DNA of 64,000 nucleotides, from assembly GCF_009914755.1 (NCBI RefSeq), contig NC_060947.1; one strand, written 5' to 3'. This stretch comes from the human T2T-CHM13v2.0 reference genome, Homo sapiens. Both the position numbers and the translations under genes were made by a program. The notes under the pieces were generated by a model. It was not told the origin of the DNA and ran no database searches. It worked only from the letters and a program-made list of their open reading frames with translations. Below, piece by piece: positions 18,348 to 33,569 of this stretch (position 1 is its first letter; every line of letters begins with the position of its first letter).

Positions 18348-19245
18348 TTAGGGATATCTGTGGGTAGAGGGCTGTACCGGTAGTTACGGGCTCAGAAACA
18401 TCCTTCCTTTAGGCACCTGATGTAGGTTTTCTTCTTCTTCTGCAAGTCAGGTTCATTGTTTCCTGTATCAGTTTGCAGGGTCCCCCCCCCCCCGCCACCT
18501 TACAGTAGGAAGAAAATTGAGTTCCAGATATGAAGTCACCTTTGAAAGTGCCCAGGTATCTTTCCACTTGGTGGTGTAAACTCTTCAGATAATTAGAAGT
18601 TTTCTGTGTCACTCAACTTGTCATGGACTAATTAGGAACCATTCCTGAAGCTTTTAAGGATAGAACTAAAAGTTTCACTTTTATTTTTTTAAAGGGTGGA
18701 ATAATAAACTAACGTGTTGACTCTTTGTATTTTGTAATTCTTCATACTTATGGATGTCTTTTTACTTAACTATAAGTAACAAAATAGATCAACGTTTTAG
18801 TTTTTTATATTATACATGTAAAAAGACATTTTGCATATAAGCCTTTCACAAAAATCTTGACAGTAAACAATAAGCAGTGGCTCACCCAAATTAGGCAGAC
18901 TTACTGCACTAGACTCCTACCATCTGTGTGATACTCCATGAAGGGAGGGAGAAGGGGAGGGAGAAGGGTAGGCAGCTGGTCTGATGGCTGTGACACAAGA
19001 TAATCCCCTTAACCTCCCAAGACGCTGTGTGTTTTTTCCTTTTTTATTCTCCCTGGTTTACTTTCGTTTTGTTTGAGACAGGGTCTCTGTGTCACCCAGG
19101 CTGGAGTGCAGTAGCAGGACAGCTCACTGCAGCCTTAGCCTGCTGGGCTCAAGCGATCCTCCTGCCTTAGCCTCCTGAGTAGCTGGGAACACAGGCATGT
19201 GCCACCACCACACCCAGCCAATTAAAAAAATTTTTTTTTTACTAG

Positions 19246-19359
19246 AGACATGGTCTTGCTACGTTGCCCAGTCTGGTCTCCATCTCCAGGCTCAAGCAGT
19301 CCTCCCACCTCGGCCTCCCAAAGTGCTGGGATTACTCTCACTCTCTTAAAACCAGGCAG
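19246..19359 (+). CDS. PDHA1: PDHA1 alternative Alu-derived cassette exon (38 aa, [38 protein letters not shown])
   Basis: T-tract + TAG acceptor, CAG|GTAGGG donor, 114 nt, phase 0/0, no stop; matches my recall of a long PDHA1 isoform. Confidence 0.75.
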
Positions 19360-21397
19360 GTAGGGAGATTTATCTCAGGCTTAAAGATTGCCATTGTCTC
19401 ATCAAAGAGTGTTTGGTGTGAAACTTTGAAATGAATATCAAGATTGTGTTTTTATTTTTGAATAAGGTTTATAGTTTTCATAGTTCTTATTTCATGGAAG
19501 AAGATTGAATGCATTTAAAATGTTATTTTATTGTTTGCATTTCTGTATGGCTCCTTTTGTGAGATCTTTACTAGCAATGTTTTGGCTTTATAAGTGGTAG
19601 GTAAGAGTTTTAATTTACACTGTTAGAATCTGGAATTTTTGAAACGTTTTTCCTCTTTCACATGAATGGTTCCTATGTATTTAGGAAGTTAAAGTTTTAC
19701 TTTTTTTTAATTAATTTTTTTTTTTAGGCTGGAATGCAGTGGCACAGTCATAGCTCACTGTAGCCTCAGGTGTGTGCCACCATACCTGACTAATTTTTTA
19801 ATATTTATTTTTGTAGAGATGAGAGTCTCATGTTGCCCAGGCTGGCTTTGAACTCCTGGCTTCAAGTGGTCCTCCCACCCTGGCCTCCCAAAGTGCTGGG
19901 GATTATAGGTGTGAGCCATCATGCCCGGCCTAGTTTTTATTTTTTAAAATTTGAGTGGGTTGTTCGTGGTCTCTGTCAGAGAGGAATCCCATTTAACAGA
20001 GAATCTTTTTATGGCTCTCCAGAGAAAATGAATGGTAAACTTATCTTTTCAACAAGCTCTCACTCAGAAATGATACACACACACTTCTGATAGGACTTTT
20101 AGCTTCTTTAACTTTGTTCCTTTCACTCATATCAGTGGTTCTTATTTTTGAGATACACAGTAATGAAGCCATGGGAGAAAGTATCTAAGTAGCTTTCTGG
20201 CAGTCCTAATCTTTGCAGGCGCAAGATTACAGGCGCATGCCACAGCACTGGGCCCCTTCTTGCTCTTTATTGTATAGCATTATCCTGCCTCATTGTTTCA
20301 ACTCTAGGATTGAGAAAGAAGTTACCTTTTCTCTGTTACTGTCGCCTGGCTGGTTTGGACTCCTGCCTTCCAAAAACTGCAGTTTCTGTAGTTGTATTTG
20401 GAAATTTATTTCACAATACAATAAATTTCTGGCCCCACAAAATATTTATTAACTGCCAAGAATAACACATCTGTTTGATTGCTAAATATAACCATTGATT
20501 TGCTGTTTCACCTTCTCTCAGCTTTACTTCTTCCCAAATTCCTAAATTTCCTTCACTTTTTCTGAGATACATTAGTGGACTGTCTCTGCCTGTAAGTTAA
20601 CTGAAACACTGATTCCTAGTATTTCAGTTGTTTTCCTCCAGCACTGTCATTGTCTGTGTTTGTTGGCTTTGTCCAATAATGGTCTATTGAGGGGTGAAGA
20701 TATACGTAATTAGCTTTCTGCCTATTGGCTTGTACACTCCAGGGTATACTTGGCAGATCAGTCTTAACTCTTCTCACCAAGATCAGTCCAGTGCTGGATT
20801 AGGTAAGGTATGAACACATCAGATGTGCTTTTTATGGAGAAATCATGTTGGTTTACACGTCAGTGTGTGAGAATGTGGCAGAAGGGAGCTAAAATAGTAT
20901 GATAATACTACTGGATAAATTTTGTGGTCTAACCTAAACCTTAGCCATTACATAGAATACTTTTGCTGTGAGCAGGTTTGCTCAGTTGTAAAACTGGAAA
21001 GGAATCATTTCTCACCCCCCGCCTCCAAGCTTTTTACCTCCAAACAGTGACAGCCACCCAAACATCAAGAGAACAGTGTTTCAGAGAACATTTCTACTGG
21101 GGCTTCAGGAGGAGCCTGTCCAAGATTTAGGCTGTTCAAATTATAAATTATAAAACAGCTGGCTCAAGCCCATTGTGTTTAAGTCAGAGAGTGCTAAGTA
21201 TCTTTTCTTTTGTCTTGTCTCCCTAAAGTATTTATCTCATACTTCAATCAATTTAAAATATTTTTTCTTACAGATCCAATTTGATAGAAGAGTCAAGTTT
21301 GCCTAGAGTGGAGATTAAATCATAGTTTTATTTGAAGTATAATTTTGGCTTGCTCAAAATGAACAGTATCTGGTTATGACTAAGAATGGCATGAAAA

Positions 21398-21698
21398 GGC
21401 CAGACGCAGTGGCTCATGCCTGCAATCCCAGTACTTTGGGAGGCCAAGGCAGGTGGATCACCTGAGGTCAGGAGTTGGAGACCAGCCTGGCCAACATGGT
21501 GAAACCCCATCTCTACTAAAAATATAAAAATTAGCCGGGCGTGGTGGTGGGCACCTGTAATCCCAGCTACTCGGGAGACTGAGACAGGAGAAATCACTTG
21601 AACCCGGGAAGCGGAGGTTGCAGTGAGCCGAGATCGCACCACTGCACTCCAGCCTGGGTGATAAAAGCAAAACTCCGTCTCAAAACAAACAAACAAAA
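21398..21698 (+). mobile_element. Full-length sense Alu in PDHA1 intron 1
   Basis: Dimeric Alu flanked by TSD-like AAGAATGGCAT. Confidence 0.92.
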
Positions 21699-22047
21699 GA
21701 ATGGCATAAACAGACACAGCTCACAGATGATCTAGTCTCTTTAGCCACTAATTTCATTATATTCTCACTATAATTTCTTTGAAAACAAAGGATGGGTTTG
21801 TTTTTTGCCCCTCTTTGCGCTGCTTGCCTTCAGATGCGGGATAATCCTGTTTCATTGGCCAAAGCATGGATTCATTTTGGAGGCCAAGGAAGATGCAAAC
21901 ACAGTGCACAGGGTGGAAGAGAAGCCTATGAATATGTTGGGGCTTATTAAATTTCCATAACTTTATTCTGATAACTGATTATTATACTTTCCAAAATAGC
22001 TGACAATTAAAAAGTACTGATTTGTTTGTATATTTTTGTCTTTTAAG

Positions 22048-22107
22048 GCAAGCAGAGTGCTGGTAGCATCCCGTAATTTTGCAAATGATGCTACATTTGA
22101 AATTAAG
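22048..22107 (+). CDS. PDHA1: PDHA1 exon 2 (ASRVLVASRNFANDATFEIK)
   Basis: AG/GT flanks, 60 nt, continues the frame. Confidence 0.97.
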
Positions 22108-22672
22108 GTAAGAGGTGTTTTACTTTGTTAATAATTTTTTCACAGGTACACTCTGATATACAGTTTTACCTTTAGAATAGAACATTTTGATGTTCATGCT
22201 TAGTCATCATTTTCTTCTAAATGTTCCAGGATCAGAAGTTCAGAGAAGCTTCACGAAAACTAGAATTTATTATTAGCAGCTTGCTGTTGTTCTGTGGGGG
22301 GAAGGGGGAGGAGCTAGAAAATGAAAATAAAAATAAAAGCTTATTCAAAAGTTTGGAATGTAATTCAGTGAAATATTTGAATAAGAAGAGTCTTAGTTGT
22401 TTCTTTGAAGGTTCTTTCAACCTATAACTCAGTTGGCTTCTAGGGGCTTTCAGTGAAAATCATCTTAGAAAGATTTCCTTCCCCCAAGCCCCATCTCATT
22501 GCACAGTGAGGTTTATGGATTTAAGGAACAGAGGCGATATGAAGCATTACTGATGTGCTCCTTTGCAGTTTTTCAAGTTCAATATTATTTGCAATGGAGT
22601 TAGATCTTAGAGTGGTCAACAGTGTTTGCAATGTAGTATGTGGAGGATAATAACTACCTTATTCCATTTCAG

Positions 22673-22846
22673 AAATGTGACCTTCACCGGCTGGAAGAAG
22701 GCCCTCCTGTCACAACAGTGCTCACCAGGGAGGATGGGCTCAAATACTACAGGATGATGCAGACTGTACGCCGAATGGAGTTGAAAGCAGATCAGCTGTA
22801 TAAACAGAAAATTATTCGTGGTTTCTGTCACTTGTGTGATGGTCAG
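22673..22846 (+). CDS. PDHA1: PDHA1 exon 3 ([10 protein letters not shown]...[12 protein letters not shown])
   Basis: AG/GT flanks, 174 nt, E1-alpha RGFCHL motif. Confidence 0.98.
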
Positions 22847-23236
22847 GTGAGTGGTAGGTTTGTGGTGGAACTGTGTTATTTAGGTACTGAAGTATGGCTT
22901 GTACTTATTGGGCTTTACCCTGCCATATGTATCAGAAGAGTTTGAGGCTGGTAATGTAATTTTCTTTTATTTATTTATTTTTTTGAGACAGTCTCTCTCT
23001 GTCGCCCAGGTTAGAGTACAGTGGTGATCTTGGCTCACTGCAGCCTCTGGTTAGAGTACAGTGTGATCTTGGCTCACTGCAGCCTCTGTCCACTGGGCTC
23101 AAGCAATCCTCCCACCTCAGCCTCCCGAGTATGTGGGACCACAGGTGCACACCAACACACCCAGCTAATTTTTGTATTTTTTGGAGATACGGGGTTTCAC
23201 TATGTTGCCCAGGCTAGTCTCAAACTTCTGGGCTCA

Positions 23237-23344
<108 letters not shown>

Positions 23345-23995
23345 CTATGAAGCTTAGGCTAAAGAATTCATTCACACATAACATTGCCAGTTTTCTGTAC
23401 CTGTTCTTAGAGTTTTACTATTTTAAAACTTTCTGGCACTATGATCGCCTGTACTGTATATAATTTGGAGAGAAAGGATTAGTTTGTTTTTTGTTTTGTG
23501 GGCTTAGGTCAAGGGTTAGAGTCAAATACCTACAAGGGCCAGCCAGGTAGAATAAATGAGTGAAGAAGGCTAGGTATACAAAACAGAAAATGGTGACAGG
23601 GACTCATGCTGAACTGGCACCAGCATGCCCTACCCAGAGGAATGCCATGACTTGGTTCCAGCCAGTTGGTGCCATGTGGAAATCAGGGGTAATGTTTCCT
23701 GTTTTCCATGTCTAAGAGAAGGCGGAAGTCTGGATTTTCATGTGAAATTCCCCAGTGTTTTAATGTTGACATCTGATGTAGGCTTTTCTTTTAGGTCATC
23801 ATACAGGAGAAAGGAAGGAAGTGGCACATGTGTGGGTTGCCAGTTTATTGCTTCTGGTTTGGGCCTTCCACTCTGTATTTTGGTGGAAAATAGCTACTTT
23901 CTCTGGTTATTAATGACAGGTTCTACTAGCCCACATATTTCACTGTGGTCTAGGAAACGTTTTTATTTAGAAACATGTATCATATTGCCTCATAG

Positions 23996-24172
<177 letters not shown>

Positions 24173-24511
24173 TGAGTGGATTAAGTTTTTAAATATCTGT
24201 CATTAAGATGCTATTATGAGTTAATATTTGTTAAAAATTTTAAGTTTCTTTTTTTAACCCTCTCTCCTTTGGTGCTCTGGTACTTCTGTTGTGCTCTTGA
24301 GTTAACTGACCATTTGTGAAGTTCTCTGGCCCCTCAGGTAAAAGTTTAAAACAGGTTGGTGCTATAAAATCACAGTAGGTTTGGTTATCATTCAAGCATG
24401 CCAGAAGAAGTCTAGCAGTCATAGAAAGTAAGTTCGGTTGAAGCACTCCATGGTATGCAATGTAAATTCTAGAAATCTTCTTAATATTCCCCTTTTCTTT
24501 GTCCCCCGTGA

Positions 24512-24658
<147 letters not shown>

Positions 24659-25290
24659 TGAGTAGCTGGGACTACAGGCATGCACCACCACACCTGGCTA
24701 ATTTTTGTATTTTTAGTAGAGATGGGGTTTCAACATGTTGGCCAGGCTGGTCTCCAACTCCTGACCTCAGGTGATCCACCTGCCTTGGCCTCCCAAAGTG
24801 TGCTGGGGTTACAGGCGTGAGCCACCGCACCTGGCCTGTTTTGTTTTTTTGAGACAGAGTCTCGCTTTGTTGCCCAGGCTGGAGTGCAGTGGCCTGCCTC
24901 AGCCTCCCAAAATGCTAGGATTACAGGCGTGAGCCACTGTGCCCGGTCCTCCTCCTCCTCCTTTTTTTTTTTTTTTTTTGAGACAGAGTTTCACTCTTTC
25001 ACCCAGGCTGGAGTGGCTGGAGTGAAGTGGTATGATTTTGGCTCACTGCAGCCTCCGCCCCCCGGGTTCAAGCAATTCTCCTGCCTCAGCCTCCTGAGTA
25101 GCTAGGATTATAGGTGCCCAACCACCACACCTGGCTAATTTCTGTATTTTTAGTAGAGACCAGGTTTCACCATGTTGGCCAGGCTGGTCTTGAACTCTTG
25201 ACCTCAGGTGATCCACCCTCTTCGGCCTCCCAAAATGTTAGGATTACAGGCGTGAGCCGCCGTGCCCGGCCCTCCTTGACTCTTGAACTA

Positions 25291-25495
25291 TGGTTGTCCC
25301 TCTATATATCCAGGGGATTGGTTCTAGGACCCTCGAGTATACAAAAATCCTCAAATACTCAAGTCCCAAAGTCAGCCTTCCATATCTTCGGGTTTGCATC
25401 CTGAGAATATTCTATTTTCAATACATGTGTGGCTGAAAAAAAATCTGTGTATAAGTGTACCTGTGCAGTTCAAACCCTGTTCAAGGATTGAATAT
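25291..25495. mobile_element. MER8/Tigger2-family MITE
   Basis: GGTTGTCCCTC..ATCCAGGGGATTGGTTCTAGGACCC ... TGCAGTTCAAACCC..TTCAAGG. Confidence 0.65.
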
Positions 25496-25705
25496 ATTTA
25501 GTGTACTAGTATAGGAGAGGTCCTAAGATGTTTGTAACTGGCCAGAAAACCCAGAAAAGTCCAGGGTATCATCTGGATGGAACATCTGAAGGAAACTAAG
25601 TGACTAGAGAGTAGGAAAAGCTGGAAAGGTTGAAGCACATGGAACTAGTGAAAGGACAAGGAGAAACATGTGTTTGCCTGGAGGGACAGGTACTTAGACG
25701 ACTGA

Positions 25706-25939
<234 letters not shown>

Positions 25940-26006
25940 TAGATTTGGCCCTGGACTTTGTCTTCAAAAACTTTCACAGCCCCAGACAACTTTTCCTGAA
26001 GTAGTA

Positions 26007-26352
26007 CAGCCATGTGCTGCACAGTGACGCTTTGGTCAATGTCGCATATATGATGTTGGACCCATAAGATTATAATGGAGCTGAAAAATTCCTGTCGCCT
26101 AGTGATGTTGTAGTGGCACAACACATTACCTTTTCTACGTTTAGGTACACAAATATTTTGCCTACAGGATTCAGTAGAGTCACATGCTGTGCAGGGTTGT
26201 AGCCTAGGAGCAGTAGGCTCTACTATACAGCCTAGGTGTGCAGTGGGCTGTACCATCTAGGTTCGTGCATTACAGTATGGTGTTCACATGACAAAATCGC
26301 CTAGTGATGCAATTCTGAGAATATATCCCTGTTGTTAAGTGACGCGTGACTA
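26007..26352. mobile_element. Tigger3a/MER7-like MITE
   Basis: TA|CAGCCATGTG... left end, CCCATAAGATTATAATGGAGCTGAAAAATTCC core, ...TTAAGTGACGCGTGACT right end. Confidence 0.75.
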
Positions 26353-27226
26353 TTTTGGGGGCTTGGTTTGCTTTTAAAGACCTAGTGCTTCATATCCTAC
26401 CGTTTGAGAGATGAGTAGATTTGGATGGTGATTTATAATGTTTCCTTTTAGGTGTCTGCTGTTTTATAAGTAAGCAGGAACCTCTAGCAGTGGAGCCATA
26501 CCTTCCCCTTCCTATTTATATTTCAGTACATTAATTGCTTTATCTTGTCAACTTCATTTTGGGGTCCTTGTTCTCATCAGTTAGTGAATGATGAAGAATT
26601 AACAGCACAAAATTATATCCGGACTGTTTCTTTTCCTTTCTAATATATTAAGATTCTATTATGTGTTGTTTTTTTTTAAACCTAGGTTTTATTTTTCCTT
26701 TTGAAATGGAGTCTTGCTCAGCCGCCCAGGCTGGAGCAGTGGTGTAATCTCAGCTCACTGCAACCTCCACCCCCGGGTTCAAGCAATTCTCCTGCCTCAG
26801 CCTCCCGAGTAGCTGGGAATATAGTTACGTGCCACCATGCCCAACCATTTTTTGTATTTTTAGTAGAGACGGGGTTTCACCATCTTGTCCAGGATGGTCT
26901 CGATCTGTGGACCTCGTGATCTGCCCAAAGTGCTGGGATTACAGGCGTGAGCCACCACGCCCGGCCAGGTTTTATTTTTTAACTCTTGAATGCAGAAATG
27001 TTAGTGCTTACTGGTTAAAATAGAACATAGTATTTATATATTACTTTAGTGCTTTATTGAAAATATCGGAGGTGGGATAAACAGAGAGATAGGGTTGGAA
27101 GGAGAGTTTGTAGCAGCAGTGTAATTTCTGTGTCAGATTCTGGCCAGGAGTGAAAATGCAGGGCATTAATTAGTATCTCCCCTCATGGATTTCTGTGGTT
27201 CCTTTCTCGGTTGTCCTTAATGTTAG

Positions 27227-27397
<171 letters not shown>

Positions 27398-27991
27398 TAG
27401 CATATTGCTTATTAGGTGAAATAGCAAGTCCTATGGCTAGCTCAAATTTGGTTGACTTATGGCCAGATTAGAGATTGACCTCTTAGCGTTGTTTCACAAG
27501 AGACTTACGGGGGCACATTCCTGTGAAGGAGCTCACCTTTGCTCTACATCAGTGCTTGGCAAAGGCCCTGTGGTAAAGGACCTCCCCACAACCTATTGCA
27601 AAACAATACAGACCCATTCTCTTGGATGTCCGGGCTGGCAGTGTCAAATTCGGATAATAGCGTCTGAGTCCTAACTCAGTTTCTATGCTTCTCTTGTTAC
27701 CGAGTAATCCCCAGTCTGTGGCCAGCACTCTGTGAAGCCCTGTTCTAGAGGCTGATTCTTAGGTGCTGGTTCACTCTGGCTATCCAGTGGGCCTGATAGA
27801 TTTCATATTGATCTTTTTTCCAGTGTGTTCCTTACTGCTAGCATGGCCCCAAAGAAACAAGTAGTAGTTGGTTTGTCACCTTCCTTAGTTGCAAGAGTAT
27901 GATGCCTGCTACTTCTCCTCCACCACCCACCCCGCTTTCCCTCACCACCCAAAGCTCGGTTTTAGAAGAGGAGGCTTTCTGTGCTTTATGA

Positions 27992-28502
<511 letters not shown>

Positions 28503-30387
28503 TAAAGCCCTCTGGGCTAGTGACATTTATCTCTGGAAGTTCAAAGACTGCCTCCCATGTGCCTGCTGAAGCTGTTAGTGGGTACCTGCTAATTGAGGTG
28601 CATGAGATGGAAGCAGAGTGAAGGGAGCAGGGCTCCTTTGGGTAGCTTGGTCTTGGTAGCTCACCTGCTGGGAAGCCTACGTTTCTCTCATTTGGGGGAA
28701 GTCCGTTCTGGTGCTTCCTCTGCTTTGGCCTGTCTTCATGACAACTGATTTGCCTTTTCCTTAGGTTAATTCTGTCCCTCCTCCCCACCCCCCATTAATC
28801 ATGAGTCCCTTGAAGGAACAGATTGGGGATCCCCACAGTGTCCAGCATAGAATGTCATGTATACAATAGGCATTTAATATGTGTGTCTTATACAAATTAA
28901 ACAGTATGGTAGAAGCTCGTAATCTTAGTCTTGCTCAGTCCTAAGGATCTTTCCCTTTTCAGTGTATGGCAGTGAGGGAGATGGTAAGAGGGAGACTGGC
29001 CTAAAGAGGTTTCACTTCCTTTGGCACTAGTATAGGCTTAGGAGGTTTGGGTGTTCTCCCTAAATCAGTGTTCTACAGCCCAGAAACAAGGTTTCTGAAG
29101 TTGGCACTTCAGCGCCATACCATGTACGTTTAGGCAGTGATGTGAATCAGATGTGGCCAGCAATGATGGAAATGTCACAAAGTGGAGAGACAGGGAAGTG
29201 AGGGTGGGAATGTAGTAACATTAAATAAGAGCTAATGAGTAGAATGAACTAGAGCAGGACCAAGACTACAGCTTGGGTACAATGGGCTGAGCAGTCTATG
29301 TCAGGACCCTAAGGCTGGGAGTGCCAGGCCCTGAGTGATGGGTATTGACGCCACCTCTCCCAATTCCTGAAAAGAATACATGGGGGCCAGCCCTGGCTGG
29401 AGACAAGGGGAGTTGTAGAATGTAGTTGTAGAATGTGTGACTTTCCCAAACAGATAACCTTCACAATTCTGAGTTAGGTGTTATTGTTTTGCCCATTTTG
29501 CAGACAAGGAAACTGAGCCATAGAGCAGTTAAAGGTACACAGCTACTCTGTCTTGGAGCCAGCTCCCCACTCGCCCATTTTAACTGCTGCACCAAACCAA
29601 CCAAGGATCCTCAATGTTTCTCCACCCCAGTGTTCAGAGCCGTCTCCTGGAAGTGGGCTAGTGTAGAATGAGCGAGCCCAACTGTCCAGACTCCCAGCAG
29701 AGCCTTGGGGTTTGGGTAGCAGAGGTTGTTGGTGCCTGCCAACTTTGTTACACACTAGCAAGGTCTGTGAAGTAGGAGTGGCTGCCAGCCCCACAACACA
29801 CCATGAGAAAGGAGCATGAGATGGAAATCTGTCTAGCCAATAGCAGGAGGCTCTAGAACATGCTCAGAGCCTTTTTCTTTTTTCACAGGGTCTCGCGCAG
29901 TGGCACACTCACAGCTCACTGCACCCTTGACCTTCCAGAATCAGGTGATCCTCCCAAGTAGCTGGGACTACAGGCGCACGCCACCATGCCTGGCTAATTT
30001 TTGTATTTTTTGATAGAGATGGGGTTTTGCCATGTTGTCCAGGCTAGTCTCGAACTCCTGGGCGCAAGTGCTCTGCCCACCTCAGCTTCCCAAAGTGCTG
30101 GGATTACAGGCATGAGCCACCATGCCTGGCCTTCAAAGCCTTTTTGATTCAAAACAAGCTGTTGGCAGATTGCCTTATTAAAAATGAGAAAGATGAAATA
30201 TGCAATCAATACTTGCTAGAAATGAGAACAGATCAGTCAACCAATAAGAAATTCGTGACAACTCAGAAGATCTGATAAGACTACACTGGACGCTTAATAA
30301 AGGGCCTGCGTTTGAGGCCGTGGATTGCCGGCCTGTTCTTCCAGTCATCGTTCCTAACTAACTAACTGCCTACCGGTTCTGTTTTAG

Positions 30388-30495
<108 letters not shown>

Positions 30496-31505
30496 TGAAT
30501 GGTGTTACATGGCAAAAGCAACACATTTCAGTATTTGCTTTTGGAGCTAGATACCAGTTCACTTCATGTACGCAGTTGTGTTGGGCATCAAGTTATCTGA
30601 AAGCAGTGCCTCCTAATAAGAAAGCTTTCTGAAAATGCCTACAGTGTATAGTGTGTGTGAGCACAAGCAGCAATTTTTAAAGAAAGAGTGTTATATACCT
30701 TAATTGTAGAGGGAAATTGTTACATAAAACAGGGCTGATGGTAGTGTAGTATCTTGGGGGCATTTAGCTTTTGTAGGCATTACCCCAAGTCTACACCTGG
30801 CATACTCTACCTGAAGAGGATCAGAATTTGGAGATGTTCCTCTGTCTGGTATAGAGCTAAGGGTAACTGGGTGTTCAATCCGTTGAAATACATCAATCAA
30901 AAAAGCTAGGTTCCACTAGGAAGGCATGAATTTTACTTTTTTGCTTAGTAGCTCTGGCCTGTGATTCTGGAATCCCAGTTTTGACACAGTTGAATAAATA
31001 AGCCTTTGTAGAGTGGACTTCTAAGGAAAAATCATGTAGAGAGCACAGTATATGGAAAAATGCACTTTGTGTAAATCTATTGTTGAAAATGGTAGAATCC
31101 TTTTAGTGTTACTTCAGATGATATAGGCATAAGATACATTGGTTTTGCTGGCTGTGCTTCTTTAGGGGGACTTAAGGGAGAAAGGCAAGGCACATGGATT
31201 TCCTGCTTGGCGCTCTGATGTCTCAAAGTCTAATTATCACCACACACACCATCTCTGCTGTCCCCACCCATGTAGTATACAGGAGCCCAAATGGGTGGGA
31301 CAAGTGACACTTCTTTAGAACCTTACATCTAAATCAAAGCAGCAAGCAAAAACTTGGCCCCTGTTGTCGGAATGCCAGGGAAGCCATGTGACTCACCAGT
31401 GTACGGTTTTCTAGAAAAGACAGAAGCAGTTATTACAGAATGTTAGGCTGCGTTCTGGTATTTTGAAAGTATAACAACAACTCTGCCACGCCTATAGTGA
31501 CATAA

Positions 31506-31877
<372 letters not shown>

Positions 31878-32224
31878 TAGTTCCATAGTTCCAAAGTCCC
31901 TTGGGGTGGGGGCTTTTCCTTTAGTTTCCTCTATTCAAAATTGTATTACTCTTCAGATTTCAGATTTTGGTGGACTGTGAACCACCATCACAGTGGCAAA
32001 GCCCCCACAGTAGTATGGTTCTTTTTTCCTAAAAGTATACTGTGGATTTTTAATTCATAAAATAGATACACCCTAGAAATCTGTATTCCAAAATCTTCTG
32101 AATTAGCAACTGTTCGTACTTGTAGTTAAAGAGTTACACCAGCAACAGGTCCTCAGCAGAACTCTAGTTGGTACCTAAGCTGCTGTTCATTCTAAAACCT
32201 TTTACACTGTTACCTAATTTTTAG

Positions 32225-32389
<165 letters not shown>

Positions 32390-32557
32390 GGGGAGGAGAA
32401 GGAGAGGTTATACCTTCAGGGGGCTACCAGACAGTGTTCTCAACTTGGTTAAGGAGGAAGAAAACCCAGTCAATGAAATTCAATGAAATTCTTGGAAACT
32501 TCCATTAAGTGTGTAGATTGAGCAGGTAGTAATTGCATGCAGTTTGTACATTAGTGC

Positions 32558-32563
32558 ATTAAA
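32558..32563 (+). terminator. PDHA1: Candidate proximal PDHA1 poly(A) signal ATTAAA
   Basis: Variant hexamer about 170 nt after the stop, in AT-rich context. Confidence 0.6.
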
Positions 32564-32808
32564 AGATGAATTATTGAGTGCTTAAAGATTATTTTTGACT
32601 TAAAATAGTATACTTTGAACAAATACTCTAATTATGAAAAGGAAGAACAATTCCTTGTATGCCTGTTTCCCCTGCCCCCAGCCACCTTTTTGGGAGGAGA
32701 CCATTATGGCGGGGCCCCTCACAGCATTCTACCAACCATAGCACCCACCCCGAGCAGCGCTGGTGCTGCAGCCTGTTCGCGCTGACCATTTCTCTACAAG
32801 ATACAATA

Positions 32809-32814
32809 TTTATT
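32809..32814 (-). terminator. MAP3K15: Candidate MAP3K15 poly(A) signal AATAAA
   Basis: TTTATT on the + strand, about 670 nt past the MAP3K15 stop. Confidence 0.6.
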
Positions 32815-33484
32815 ATCAGGCAAGAGGACAGTTCCATTTTAAAATAAGACTTTTGTAATCATTCCAATTTTGTAATCATTTCAAAGGCCACATAACTTAG
32901 TTTTCTCTACTTACACATTCAGTATAAATATGAAGCTATTTTCTGTTCATATCAAACATTAACTACAAGGCACATTCGTATCAGTTTTGTGTTTCTCAAA
33001 TTGAAGTACCATACCAGTTCTGAGGCAGTGTCCCAGCTTCCATGTTTGTTAAATACCCCTTGTTTGTTTCACCATTCCAGCAAGTGCTGAAGGGTGTACT
33101 TTTTTTGAGACAGGGTCGGGCTCTGTTGCCCAGGCTGGAGTGCAGTGGTGTGATCATGGCTCACTGCAGCCTCCACACCTCCTGGGCTCAAGCAATCCTC
33201 CCACCTCAGCCTCCTGCATAGCTGGGACTACAAGTGAATTTCCTAATATTCCGGGAGGTCAAAACCAAGGCTCACTGTTTTCACAATACACACAGTTCTA
33301 TGTTTATAAATAACAGGTTTCAAAAGAAACTCAGGACAGTATTTAAAACAAGTTCTTAAACTATTAATTGAACAATGGCATTTTTAAATATGTAAACACA
33401 GCGGAATTCGTGTATACACTAACAGAAGCTTTAACAAAACATGTAGCGTGGTGGGACACTCTGCCACAGCTTAGCTGATTGGTA

Positions 33485-33569
33485 TCAAGCCTTGTCTTTG
33501 GTTTCTGAGGCCTCCTGAGCCCTTCTGTACTGGGAGACCGCACTCCAGAGTCTGCAGAGGAGACCACCC
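33485..33569 (-). CDS. MAP3K15: MAP3K15 last coding exon (GGLLCRLWSAVSQYRRAQEASETKDKA*)
   Basis: CAG acceptor, TGA stop at 33487-33485, end of the ASK-family SAM domain. Confidence 0.95.

Noticed and set aside
20213-20452. Possible extra PDHA1 intron 1 exon starting at TTTGCAG|GCGCAAG
   Set aside because: Plausible acceptor, but I found no convincing donor and no recognisable product
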